Assembly (NCBI RefSeq): GCF_001194135.2
Contig: NC_068989.1
Span: 15,708,614 to 15,750,865 of the forward strand
Origin: Octopus bimaculoides
Lineage: Eukaryota
Length of the DNA: 42,252 bases
Reading direction: 5' to 3'
The notes beneath the pieces were generated by a model. That model was not told the origin of the DNA. It did not search any database and saw only the letters and a program-made list of their open reading frames with translations. Of the stretch, positions 23,478 to 35,200 are shown piece after piece. A program made the translations under genes and the position numbers. The first letter of the stretch is position 1, and every line of letters begins with the position of its first letter.

Positions 23478-24214
23478 TACATGTGTGTGTGTGTGTGTGT
23501 GCATGTGCTTACGTATGTATATATATGTATGTGCGTAGCAACTTTTTCAAAAGGTTACCTCCGGCATTGATCAAGTGATGTAGATACCACTGACAATAAA
23601 CCAACAAAGGTCGAAAATCGATTAAGTCTCATCAGATTTTGTTTTTCTATTCTACGGAGAAAAAGTAGAATTTGACATGTTTGCATGTTTACTACATAGG
23701 CTTGTAAGAAAAAAACATAACTATGTTCGATTTTAATCGATTTACTTCCTCCGTGATTTTTCTGTTTTCTTAATATTTACTTTAGAACAATTTCGTCTCT
23801 AAGTCCATTAGTCCATTAACGTTTCAAACCATTCTTGCTCATATCAAAAATGAAGCGATATTAATAACTTGTTCGCTCATTTTGTCGTAGGTCGCTAAAG
23901 ATCATGGAAATACGGTTATAATTTATAAGATTGTCAACGCTGGATTTAAAATTATACAACAGTAATCATTATTTATTTTACTTGTGATGCATGAATATGT
24001 TAAATTTTAGTGCGTAGTTTGCTTTTGATAAGACTTCTATAGTTATTTTCTCGCTCGTATGTTATGGAAGTCTGTATAAATTCATATTACTTTTAAAAGA
24101 TTTTTATTTGTATCTAATTTTATTCCGTGTATAGTATGTATGTATGTATGTATGTATGTATGTATGTATGTATGTATATGCATACACATTCATACATGAG
24201 TGAGACTCACTTTA

Positions 24215-24555
24215 AGATCAGCTTTGATTTTATCCTTGCAGGTGTCAATAAAGTTTAATAATAGTAAAATATCGAGGTCGATATAAACGACAGTACTACT
24301 CCACTAACTTTTAGGCCTTGCGCTATGTTGAAAGAAATTATTATTTTGAAAAGTCATATATTGATAGAATCATTAGACGCTCGAACAAAATGCTTTGTTG
24401 TATTTACTTTCTTAGTATGAATACTGTCGAGACCTGACCGTAACTAAATATCTTTCATGATTTCTGAGTCAATAAAATAAAATATCAACAAGTGCAGGAG
24501 TCCACAGTACTTTCCTTGAAAATGTTTGGCCTTGTGCCTAAATTAGAAACGATTA
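24215..24555 (+). mobile_element. Two degenerate SINE family B copies in tandem
   Basis: Two ends of the type ...ggccttgcgctatgttgaaag and ...ggccttgtgcctaaattagaaacg; a second head remnant agaatcattagacgctcgaacaaaatgctt at ~24365. Confidence 0.55.
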
Positions 24556-25346
24556 TTAATATCGAAGGCTAGATTTATGGATTCACTTATAACTCATCCA
24601 CTTCAACAAGCAATAAATTTTCCACTGCAACGTGTCGCTTATCAATAGGTTTATAACAAAGTGTAGAGGTTTGGGACTTGGGTGGTCTCTTTACAAAGTA
24701 TAAAGAAGAGATTAGGAGTGAAATAGAACCAATATTGTATTCGCCATTTTAAAACCAAATGAATAAATCTTTATGTCGAATAAATCAATCAATGACAATT
24801 CAATCAGGAATATTTCTATACAAGTCTATAGTTAGGTTCTATTCTAGTTTGATTTGCAGTTCCTTTCTTTAGATGATTTCGCTATTTCCGTTTGTAACGA
24901 AATCTACCGTCGTTTTCAGTTAATTCCGTGAATGAAATTATAAATCATTTTTCGTTGAAAGCTACCATTGTGCTTCTTCATTTTTTAATGTTTTGTGTTT
25001 TTCTTTTTTGTCCCTAATAATCATTATCTTTTCTCCAAACTTGACTTACTTATTTTTCATCTCTATAAATAATAGCTTTGCTATGAGTGTCTGTATGTGT
25101 ACGTATATGTGTATATGTGTGTGTGGCATATATTTATGAAATATATGTATGTCCATATATACATACGTATATACATGCATATATAAATATGCGTGTGTGT
25201 ATGTATACACACACACACGCACACACACACATATATATATATATATAGCACTCACATGCATGCATAACACACATGCACACATATACGCATAAATGCATAA
25301 ATACACACATACACACAGATATACATAAATACACACATACACCCAG

Positions 25347-25423
<77 letters not shown>

Positions 25424-25819
25424 TGTGTGTAAGTCTGTATATATGTATGATTAATGAGGACGTGATAGCTTTTCATTAAATGTTTTATGGGACCTACTTG
25501 CTTCTCTTTAGTCTGAGCTTATTACAGAAAGTACATTTGACTCTAAGTGTGAATAAAAGTATAGGAGCCGAAAACTTATATCAAGACGAAAAGAATATTC
25601 ATATAGTAATAGTAAATGTATCTGTTTTAATACACCGATGTGTTTTAACAATTCGTATTGCAAGTAAGACGTTTTATCTGGAGTGCATTGTCGCTAAGTT
25701 ATGAATTCAAAATGTCGTGTATTTTAGCGCTGCATGAAATAACCTGATAGAATGACTCACGCACACATCAACGTCTCGATGGACCGGCAGATAGGTTCAG
25801 TGTCTCTTTGTATATTTAT

Positions 25820-25950
25820 GTGCATTTTAGGGAAGGCCAAGAAGGATTTGAATGCTGAAGAATACAAATAATTGAACAGGTATAGACACGGAAAAGTCAA
25901 TAAAACACTTTTAGAGATCGAAAATGTTTGAGCTTGGGACATTCAGAAGC
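25820..25950 (+). mobile_element. RTE-clade LINE ORF C-terminal remnant
   Basis: GRPRRI*MLKNTNN*TGIDTEKSIK resembles the RTE terminus GRPRRRWxDNIxxWTG. Confidence 0.55.
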
Positions 25951-26019
25951 GCATAGCCTTAGGCTTCATAGAAAATCCTATCAGCATTCCTCTTTTCATT
26001 CTCTCTCTCCTGAGACATA

Positions 26020-26031
26020 CGTGCATGCATG

Positions 26032-26062
<31 letters not shown>

Positions 26063-26322
26063 ACCTACCTACCTACCTACCTACATACCTACCTACCTAC
26101 CTACCTACATACATACATACATACCTACCTACCTACCTACCTACCTACCTACCTACCTACCTACCTNNNNNNNNNNACCTACCTACCTACCTACCTACCT
26201 ACATACCTACCTACCTACCTACCTACATACATACATACATACCTACCTACCTACCTACCTACCTACCTACCTACCTACCTACCTACTTACCTACTTACCT
26301 ACCTACCTACCTATCTACTGAC

Positions 26323-26374
<52 letters not shown>

Positions 26375-26400
26375 TTAACTATATACATACATACATGCAT
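26020..26400. repeat. Compound tetranucleotide tract (GCCT)n-(ACCT)n/(ACAT)n-(ACTA)n
   Basis: Directly visible; a 10-N gap lies inside. Confidence 0.95.
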
Positions 26401-28339
26401 ATATATATAAATATACGTGTGAAGGCAATTATGTGAAGAAACAAATTAAATATACNNNNNNNNNNNNNNNNNNNNNNNNNNNNNNNNNNNNNNNNNNNNN
26501 NNNNNNNNNNNNNNNNNNNNNNNNNNNNNNNNNNNNNNNNNNNNNNNNNNNNNNNNNNNNNNNNNNNNNNNNNNNNNNNNNNNNNNNNNNNNNNNNNNNN
26601 NNNNNNNNNNNNNNNNNNNNNNNNNNNNNNNNNNNNNNNNNNNNNNNNNNNNNNNNNNNNNNNNNNNNNNNNNNNNNNNNNNNNNNNNNNNNNNNNNNNN
26701 NNNNNNNNATATATATATATATACATATACATGCAAAACGAGTGAATGCAAAATGTGGAGGCTTTCAGACAATAAATATTTAAGTACAAATATATAGATA
26801 TTTATATTAATAGATCCAATTTATACAGAGTACAAACGACAGACAAAATCAAAGGGGTGGTAAAAAGGTGTTATAAGTCCAGCAGCTTTTTCTGGGGGGT
26901 CGGAGCTCCCTCATAATATTGGTAGATGTAGTTCAACAGACTATGCGGCCACAATGTAAACAATCAGCATTAGATAAGACGAGCCTACCCTGTGTGTACG
27001 TGTGGGTGTATGTATATATGTACGTATACATTTGATGTAAATTTTCTAGCAATGCAGTTGAGATGTTAGGCAAAATATGTTAGGTAATGTCAATAAATAA
27101 AAACAGAAAGAAGATATTGCATTATCTTATATAGTTTGTTTACTGTTTCTATAATATTCTGGGAGCGATTCCCTTTATCAAATTTAAGAAAGAAAAATAA
27201 AATCCCAGGGTTTGGAGAAAAGTGTTATCATCGGCAGATCATCCTGGTCTGTTTTGACGGAAAGCATCGATGCATTACTGTTTGTCTGTGGATGGTAATG
27301 ATAAGTTGTATCACTGGCTGTAGTTCTGGTTTGGTACAAGAAGCAGTTGCAAGTGTCTTTGTATGAAGAATTAGTGTGGATATGTGAAGGAGTAGTGGGA
27401 AAGATCACTGGACAACGGCTGAAGTTTGAAGTATATTTAGTTATTTAGTTGGGTATTATGAGATTGTTTTTGTTTAAGAAAAAAAACGGTAGATTGAATT
27501 GGGTTGATTGGCATCAAGAATAAAAGGTAATAGATGATGTGCAATAGCAGTTTCAAATTTAATAAAACTGTTTTCGAATTTACTTACGCCTGTATTCTTA
27601 ATTTTTTTTATATCAGACATATGCCATATATACAACAAAATTATGAAATATTATATTAATACTGAGTACTTACATCTGCACAGGATGGTAGACACCGGAC
27701 TGCTATAAACACATTGGATATTAATTTCATTTCTTACATAAAACTTAACTTTTCAAGAAAGATCCAATTCTGTTCTAGTAAACTGAGTAAAATTCATTAA
27801 GAATAATTATTATTACTATAAATTACAATTTATACTTCAACTTTAACCTGTTAGTAATCAATATACCAATACCATTAGAAATTGTCGTTAATATGAAGAA
27901 ATAGATATATACGGAAGTATACCAATGCCATTTCGTTTAACGCTACTCTTCTCCTCACTAAGTCTCTAGTAATAACAATCTTCTGCGTAGGAAATAGACT
28001 AATTTTATTAAATTATATTAAGCTCAGTTTTGAAAATAAAATCCATAAAGGTAAATTTTCAATGATGAAAATTTATAAACACTGCTATCATGTTAAAGAA
28101 ACAGATTAGAAATTGAGATCAAACACAAGTTAACGAATAATTATGAATTAATGGACTAAAATAGAGCAAACGAAATAAAAAGTACTATACTATAGACTCA
28201 TTAAATTAATACTGAAATTGGAGATATTCATCAATACTCTAGCGGTTTCTATAATAAATATTGTTTGACGTTTCTCACTAGAACTGAAATAACCAACTAG
28301 AATAAAGTACTCAAAGCATTATTAGTAGATAATTCTAAT

Positions 28340-29473
28340 TTCTGCAGAAATTTAATGGACAAATAGTTTTGGAATTTATGAGTATTTTGTTCTAAGACTT
28401 AGACACGTGAGAGAGCTTTAACTCGCTTCTTCGAACTGCAAGAAGAAATCAAAGCTTTTCTGGAGGAATATGACTATGATTTTCTTGGAGAATTGGAATC
28501 ACAAGAATTCAACCAAACGTGAGCTTATTTGACAGATATTTTCACTCGTATGAATGATCTGAGCCTATCTGTTCAAGTAAAGAACATAATCATATTGAAA
28601 TGCTGTGAAAAGCTAAATGTTTTCAAAGAAAAATTAGCTCTTTGGTGTCGACGATTAAAAAGGGTACCTTTCAAATTTTCCATTACTTGATGAAACGGTC
28701 AATGATAATGAATCTATAATTCCTAGTTTGTATGAAGAAATTGAGGCTCATTTGGAAATGTTGTCAAAGTCGTTTGATGGATGTTTTGCAGCAGGAAAAC
28801 TGGAAACTTCTGAAGAATGGATTATGAATCCATACCCCTTCAAATTGGAAAATATGTTGGATGGTGGAGAGCTGAAGGAGGATCTTATTGAACTGCGTGC
28901 AAATCGTGTTCTTGAAATGCAATTTTAAAGCAAGGCTTTTGAGAGAGTATTGGTGTTCGGCTATGAATATGTTTCCAAGACTTTGTGAAAATGAACTAGT
29001 TGCACTCATCCCATTTACGACGACATACTTATGTGAGCCTGGATTTAGTACTCTTTTGTCAATCAGGACAAAATCTAGAAATCACTTGAATGCACAGGCA
29101 GGCATGCAGATAACTATCAGCAACATAGTTCCATATTTTGAAGAACTCATAACCAAGAAACAGGAACAAAAGTGTTATTGAATTTAAATTAATTCATGAA
29201 CGTTTGAGCGTTAGATCTTTCGATTTTTTATTTTGTAAAAATAAAATTTCTTATAAGATTTATTTTAATTTGCTATAATATATATTTTCTTGACCATATG
29301 TTTCGTTTTTGTTAACATATTATTGAAAAATTAGAAAATATAAAATATGTTGCTCAAATTTACTATAAATTCACCTCCTTTATCGTTAAATAACTTATCA
29401 ATTTTTAAGGGGTGCAAAGACATCATAAAACATTTTTAGGGGTGCGGGCATAACAAAAGGTTGGGAACTACCT
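28340..29473 (+). mobile_element. hAT Charlie/Buster-type DNA transposon, 3' portion (ZBED8/FAM200/SCAND3-like transposase pseudogene plus right end)
   Basis: RERALTRFFELQEEIKAFL...AYLTDIFTRMNDLSLSVQ...KEKLALW...WIMNPY...LIPFTTTYLCEPGFSTLLSIRTKSRNHLN...KKQEQKCY* (stop at 29179-81; hAT C-terminal dimerisation-type motif). One early stop and about two frameshifts. Right TIR-like aaaaggttgggaactacc at ~29455-29473. Confidence 0.9.
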
Positions 29474-29494
29474 TCTAAGTAGTGTTCACCGGAA

Positions 29495-29560
29495 ATGAAG
29501 GTGTGTGGTCTCGTGGTTAGGGTATTGCACTGACGATCGTAAGATCGTGATTTATTGTCT
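29495..29560 (+). mobile_element. tRNA-like head of SINE family C
   Basis: gaaggtgtgtggtctcgtggttagggtattgcactgacgatcgtaagatcgtg; like the head of 30530-30870. Confidence 0.6.
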
Positions 29561-30529
29561 TTAACCCGGGCAACGCCGGGTATTTCTGCTAAGATATATA
29601 TATATTTACATGCATATATATTTATATATGCAAGTATGTATATATACATACATACACACACACACACATGCACACAAACACACACGCACACATATATATG
29701 TATGTATGTGTGTGTCTGTGTAATTGATTTTGATCAACATAAAGTAACGAAAATTATTCAAGTGCCAAGAATTCCATGCCTGGAGTTTGTCGAACTGGCT
29801 TTAGATATGGAAGCTTGTTTCGTAACACCGAGTGAATTACAATTCTTTCTAGAACACTCCACCAAAAAAAGAAATTCGGGGGTTACTTGAGAAATGTTTG
29901 TTTTTGAAACAGTCTGGGGAAGAACAGATTTGCTTTTAAATAATTTGTACCGAAAAGAAAACTGCTATGTGGTTGATCTTTACAAAATGCAAAATTTACA
30001 TGTTTTGTTTTCATTTGACCTTTATGTTTCATTAAAAACCATAACATTTCTAGGTTAATTAGCATTTCTAAAACTTGGAAGTTTTATTCTTTGTGTGAAA
30101 TAATGGTTAGTGACTATTACTATAAAGTAAGAATGATTAGCATCAGGCTATTGTGAAGGTGTCGCATTTAAAAGGTTAACTCGGGTGAAGTTATTTTCAG
30201 TCATCAGTAACTCATTTTAGTTTATTACCAGCACTAATTATCTGCGTGTAAATTATTTGCTATCATTAAAATTCCCATTGGAAATCTAATTATGTTGTGA
30301 AATTGTATATAAGATGTTTGTGTTATCCAGTAAACATTTTCTATGTTGTTTTGTTTCTGTTCTCTAGTATAACGTGTTATGTTAGATTTCTGTTGTAAAC
30401 ACAATGTCAGTCGGTCTGAATGTTTGTCTAATGTAGAATGTTTGTCATGCTTGAAGTTTGCAGCTGCCTGTATATACAGTGAAATTCGTATATCACAGCC
30501 ACTGCTTAAAGTAAATTATGTAACGATCA

Positions 30530-30870
30530 GGGTAAAGACCCACTTCGGTCATGAATAGTTGTGGAATTGCATTTAGAAATTTCCCCTCTGAGGCACAAAT
30601 CTGGGAAAAGTCTTTTGTGGAGCACCAGATGCCGGCCATGCATACCAGTCTCCTCTCGCTACGCCACCAATGTTGTCCAATTTAAGGGCAAAGTCAGATA
30701 GTACTTGGCACCAATGACGTCGCAATTCATTTCAACAGGTGAGTGAACTGGAGCAACGTAAAATAAAGTGCCTTGCTCAAGAACGCAAGACACAACCCGG
30801 TCCAGGAATCTAACTTACAGCCTCGCGATTGCATGCCCGACGCCCTAACCCCTGGAACATGCGTCTTCAC
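30530..30870 (-). mobile_element. SINE family C, full length, degenerate
   Basis: Minus strand: gtgaagacgcatg...ggttagggcg...gattcctggaccggg...cttgagcaaggcactttattttacgttgctccagttcactc...ttcatgaccgaagtgggtc. Confidence 0.75.
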
Positions 30871-31794
30871 ATGTAACGAGCTGATCTTGAAGTTTGCGTT
30901 GATACTAATGTGTTTGGTTCTCGGAGTGTTTTTTGATATGTCTATACTATTTAACTGTAGTGTAATAGTACATGTGTTTGTGTTTACAAGGATTGCATAT
31001 TTTTTATAAAGTACTCCTCTATTCTATAATTAGACTGCATAATGTATGTACGTTTTGTTTGTTTTAGTCGGTTATATGTTTTATGTTTCCGGGAGTGAAT
31101 TTATTTTGTAAAGCTTGGTCCACTATTTCATGTATCAATTGAAAACATGTCTTTATTTATTTCTTTATTTTCGCTCTTATAAAACATCTTTTGTGCATGA
31201 ACATCTCTAATATCTCTTTTGTAGTTGGGAATCTAGATTCTCTTCTCACAAAAGATGTGTTGTCTGGTACTAGCAATTAACTTTGCTATTAAATCATTAT
31301 TACATAGACACATATGCATATATGCAGACACACATATAACATTTAATGACGTTTATATTACGAAAACTAATTTTAAAAATATAAATATAATGAAAACTTG
31401 CCTGATCAGCAATTAGACAACAGAATAAAAGATTTTATTAAACAATAGCAACAAAAAAAGAAATACCAGTAAGAAGAATCAACAACGAAATAACAAAGAG
31501 TGACAACAAGAATAACATCGATAATATCAAAAATAGCAAACAACAATAGCCTCATTAGAACCGGCTATTATATCAAGTGGGAACTATGAAAACAATTGCA
31601 TCAGCAACAACAACTGTGACAACAAATAACTTAATAATACTACCAACAAACAATATGAGAGACATACGCAACCAACAACAATAACCATAAGAACAACATC
31701 CTTTAACAAAACATATATTTCATTGACTTAACCAATAATTAAATTTAAAACAAACATGAAGTTCGATGGACAAACATTATCTATACAAATTAAA

Positions 31795-31796
31795 TG

Positions 31797-31847
<51 letters not shown>

Positions 31848-31848
31848 T

Positions 31849-31890
<42 letters not shown>

Positions 31891-31912
31891 CAGCAGTAGT
31901 AGTAGTAGTAGT
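31795..31912. repeat. (TAG)n-(CAG)n-(TAG)n compound microsatellite
   Basis: Directly visible. Confidence 0.95.
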
Positions 31913-31946
31913 CATTCGTAACATTAACTTATCCTTATTATCAAGT

Positions 31947-32082
31947 GTTTAATTCCGTCGAGGACAGCTTCGCCTTTCATACTTTCGGAGTCGATAAATT
32001 AAGTACCAGTGAAGCACTGGAGGGGGTAGTGATCAACTAGTCCCCTCCCCTCAAATTTCAGGCCTTGTTCTTTTAGTAGAAG
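31947..32082 (+). mobile_element. SINE family B, 5'-truncated
   Basis: aattccgtcgaggacagcttcgcctttcatactttcggagtcgataaattaagtaccag...caaatttcaggccttgttcttttagtagaa. Confidence 0.85.
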
Positions 32083-32420
32083 ATTATTATCAAAAGATTA
32101 TTATCAAATGTTTATTATAACTTGCGGTTTTTCTAAGATAGATGCTGTAAGAATTAATAAAAGTTTCTAATATAAACATAAGGCCAGAAATTCTGAGTGG
32201 ATTAATCGATACCGTCGACCATGGTACTTGATTGGTACTTCATTTTATACAGCCCGAGAGGATGAAAGGCATATTTGACACCAGTGGTATTTGAACTCCG
32301 AATATGAACTTTCGGAACAAATACTGCAAAGTAATCTTTCCGACAGCAATTGGAAGGTGTTTATAAGTTATTTAAAAAACACACAAAAACCGTCAGATTC
32401 ACTTCAACATTTAAATCTAC

Positions 32421-32471
32421 TTTGCCAAAATATTTTCGTCGCTTTGAGACTGCAACCTGTTCACTGACAAA
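32421..32471 (-). ncRNA. Hammerhead-like fold with variant G3-C8 core (left arm)
   Basis: Minus strand TTTGTCA GTGAACA G GTTGC agtctcaaa GCGAC GAAA ATATT T TGGCAAA; all helices are retained using G-U pairs. Confidence 0.6.
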
Positions 32472-32493
32472 ATTCCGAGCTTCATCACAGAAT

Positions 32494-32544
32494 TTTGTCA
32501 GTGAACAGGTCGCGGTCTCAAAGCGACGAAAATATTTTGGTAAA
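32494..32544 (+). ncRNA. Hammerhead-like fold with variant G3-C8 core (right arm)
   Basis: Stem I TTTGTCA/TGGTAAA (two G-U pairs); core GTGAACA plus one extra G; stem II GTCGC/GCGAC; GAAA; palindromic helix III AATATT; UUU triplet. Confidence 0.6.
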
Positions 32545-34869
32545 TTAAATTTAAATGTTGAAGTGAATCTAACGGTTTTTGTTTGTCATTTTAAATAGCT
32601 TATAAACACCTTCCACGCTGCAATTGTTTTCGTTCCAGCACACGATCTCAGATCAGATCACTTGCTATGCAAGTACATCTCCGTAAATCTTTCCGACGCT
32701 CTGACGATTCTCCCTGCTACATACAGTGAAGCATCAGGTTGAAGATAGGGAGTGTTCGTCTATTAGGATATGAATTACTAAAAGAAGTAAGAATCTCAAC
32801 ATTCACTCTTCTAGAAATTGCAAGAAATTACATTTTGTAAAATTAATAGAAGTTAACAGCAATAATATAACTTTAATCCAGTACAATTCAACTCAATAAT
32901 AATGTCACATGTTAAGTTTCTCATATAGTTTGATAGCTGATAGTTCCATTTGAACTACAGACTTTGTCAGCTGCAGCGATAGGCATGCAAATGCTCGGTA
33001 AGATATCATTATTATTTCTTTTACTCAAGGAATCTTTCGGTTGAGAAATGGTATTGTAGCAGGTAAGAATGAAGTTTTAGAGTGCTTCTGGAATTTGGAC
33101 CTGAATCAGTAATCGTTAATTCCAACTTCACAAACTTAACTATTTCATCCGGAAAAGTTGTGTATCGTGACATATCACGGAGTGAAACAGTATGTACAAT
33201 TGTATTACTTTCTCTCAATAAATGTATTATAGTAGATCAATTTCTAAATGATTGCATTTGCTTAAGCGTACAGTATCCAGTAAGGCCTGGGCCATAAGAA
33301 AATAACCAAGAGGTTTCCAGAACACCAACAGGGTATCAACGTTTAACAGAAACGATCATAATGAATATCACTGGTAACAGCTGAGATCAGTGATCGAATT
33401 GAAGGTAGTACTAAAAAATGAGTCAACAAGCTTTCTAAATATTCCTTGAATTAAAGCTAAGAATATTGTTTTCTATATTGTCTGTTTGGCTCTCTTGCAT
33501 TGTCGAGTTCCTTAGCATAATTTGCTGTTGTTTTAGAAAATTTTGCACTTCTATAAACATCAATTGAGCTCGCTATTTCATAGAAGGTACCACCGAGAAT
33601 TCCATCTGAAATAACTGTTTAAGATATTAAAAAAATGGTCTGAGAATTGGTATCGGAGCAAATAAAAGAAAAGTGCTAACGTAAGTATGAATCAATCGTT
33701 ACTAAAAAATATTTGATTAAAAATATTGACTGTTTAGGTCCAATAAAATTCATTGAAAACTTTCTATAGACAGAGTGGCATTTAGAAAATATTGATCATT
33801 AGGTTTGTAAAATTTAGACTTTCGTATGAAACATATTCAGCACTCGAAATAAATTCTATGAGCATTCTTGGTGGAAAAAAAAAAAACAACAACTTTCATT
33901 GCAACGATTTTCTCGAATTTAAGTGATGCAATCTATAGAAACTTCGTTGAAAAATTTGTGATCTGGTTGAGTAGAATAACTGGCATCAGCGCAATTATTC
34001 ATTTTTCCTCATCAGCAGGAAATATTCTTTATTTTGCATGTACGAGAGTTATCAAAATTATCAACCGTAAATCAGATGTACTACTGCTCTGCATTAGAAG
34101 CGTAGTGTTATCATATATGTAAGAACTCAACAATTGCTAATAGAAGGAATGAACAATTCATTTCATAACTGGAACAGAAGAAAAAGCTGCGGGACGCAGT
34201 CTCTTTGACAATGCTGCAGCTGGTTTAGTGGTTGTCACGTCACTCTCAAATATGAATTGGATGGAGTTGTCAGTAGCATAGAAAATAGCCTTTTGTCCGT
34301 CAACTTGAATATTTTGAAAGCAGTAAATGTTCTTGAGAAGTTGGAAGAGTGAAGCAGTAAGAGTCCTTACATAATCAGAAAAAGCACCAGCCACATAAAT
34401 TAGCAAGCCAATATGTTTTATAGAATTTAGACTTTATTTCAGAACATAATCGACACTCATAATAAATTTTATGGGCATCCTTGGTAGAAAGCGCAAGAAA
34501 AAAAGTTTCTTTTTCATAATGCAGCAATATTCTCATACTTGTAGAATAATTTGTGATCTATAGAATAATATATTTGTGTAGAATATTTCGAGTAGAATAA
34601 TATATTTGTGACCGGCATGAGCGCATTTATTCTTTTTTTCTCAGCAGCAGAATGTTTTGTGTTTTAGAAATTGGAACTTTGAGGCCTTTAAGAAGTAGCT
34701 GCCTATTAGGATCAGGTGTTATTTCATGGTATCAAATACAGTAACTAAAATAAATTGACTATTGTTTTACAAAAAAAAAAAGACATTTTTTCATGATAAA
34801 CAGTTATATTAAAATCATAGACATATGTTCGAAATGTTTAAGTATCTTCCATAAAGTTACCGAATATAA

Positions 34870-35200
34870 TTATATTGTCTAAATACTACTAAATGGATTC
34901 AAGAATATTCTGCGATAGAATTTGATTTAATGCTTAATGAAATATACACAAAGTTTGCAAAATCTAATGGAAAACTTGTGTACGGATATCTGTTGTTCAG
35001 AGGCTTAACATGCAATCAGTGGCAAATCGTCGTTTGTGATTTTAATTTGTTACAATGTGATCTATTCATGGAGAGTGACTCGATTCTATGATGTATTAGT
35101 TGTTTACTTACAGGTTTGCAATTGTCTACAGAGTACAACAAAATAGGTTTATGTGTCTAACATTAATGAAGGCTGTAACACTTACAATCTTTAGCTAAGC
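34870..35200 (+). mobile_element. Possible Crypton-type tyrosine-recombinase transposon remnant
   Basis: 73 open codons (34870-35088): KWIQEYSAIEFDLMLNEIYTKFAKSNGKLVY...DFNLLQCDLFMESDSIL, resembling animal Crypton/ZMYM-QRICH1-type sequences (ELd.lL..FY....K.nG.lY...FnI..D..F..Sn.vl). Judged by eye only. Confidence 0.35.

Larger units (their letters stand above)
32345..32685. mobile_element. 341-bp palindromic non-autonomous element with inverted HHR-bearing arms (probably PLE-related)
   Basis: Arms 32352-32475 and 32490-32614 are inverted copies (9 substitutions plus 1 indel by hand count) around a 14-nt spacer. 12-bp direct repeat AATCTTTCCGAC at 32333-32344 and 32686-32697. Confidence 0.85.
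32164..32716 (-). mobile_element. SINE family B split by the insertion at 32345-32685
   Basis: Left part ends ...gaacaaatactgcaaagtaatctttccgac (32344); it resumes aatctttccgacgctctgacgattc (32686 onward). Confidence 0.8.

Noticed and set aside
24669-24686. VWDLGG, resembling the ARF/ARL GTPase G3 motif
   Set aside because: It lacks the following Q, has a stop a few codons upstream, and no P-loop or NKxD exon was found; likely chance.
26060-26375. Telomere-like (TAGG)n and (TTAG)n on the minus strand
   Set aside because: No TTAGGG or TTAGG arrays; ordinary tetranucleotide microsatellites.
33021-33218. ELTITDSGPNSR, resembling a cadherin or GHKL motif
   Set aside because: No other cadherin (DxNDN, LDRE) or GHKL motifs nearby; too short to call.
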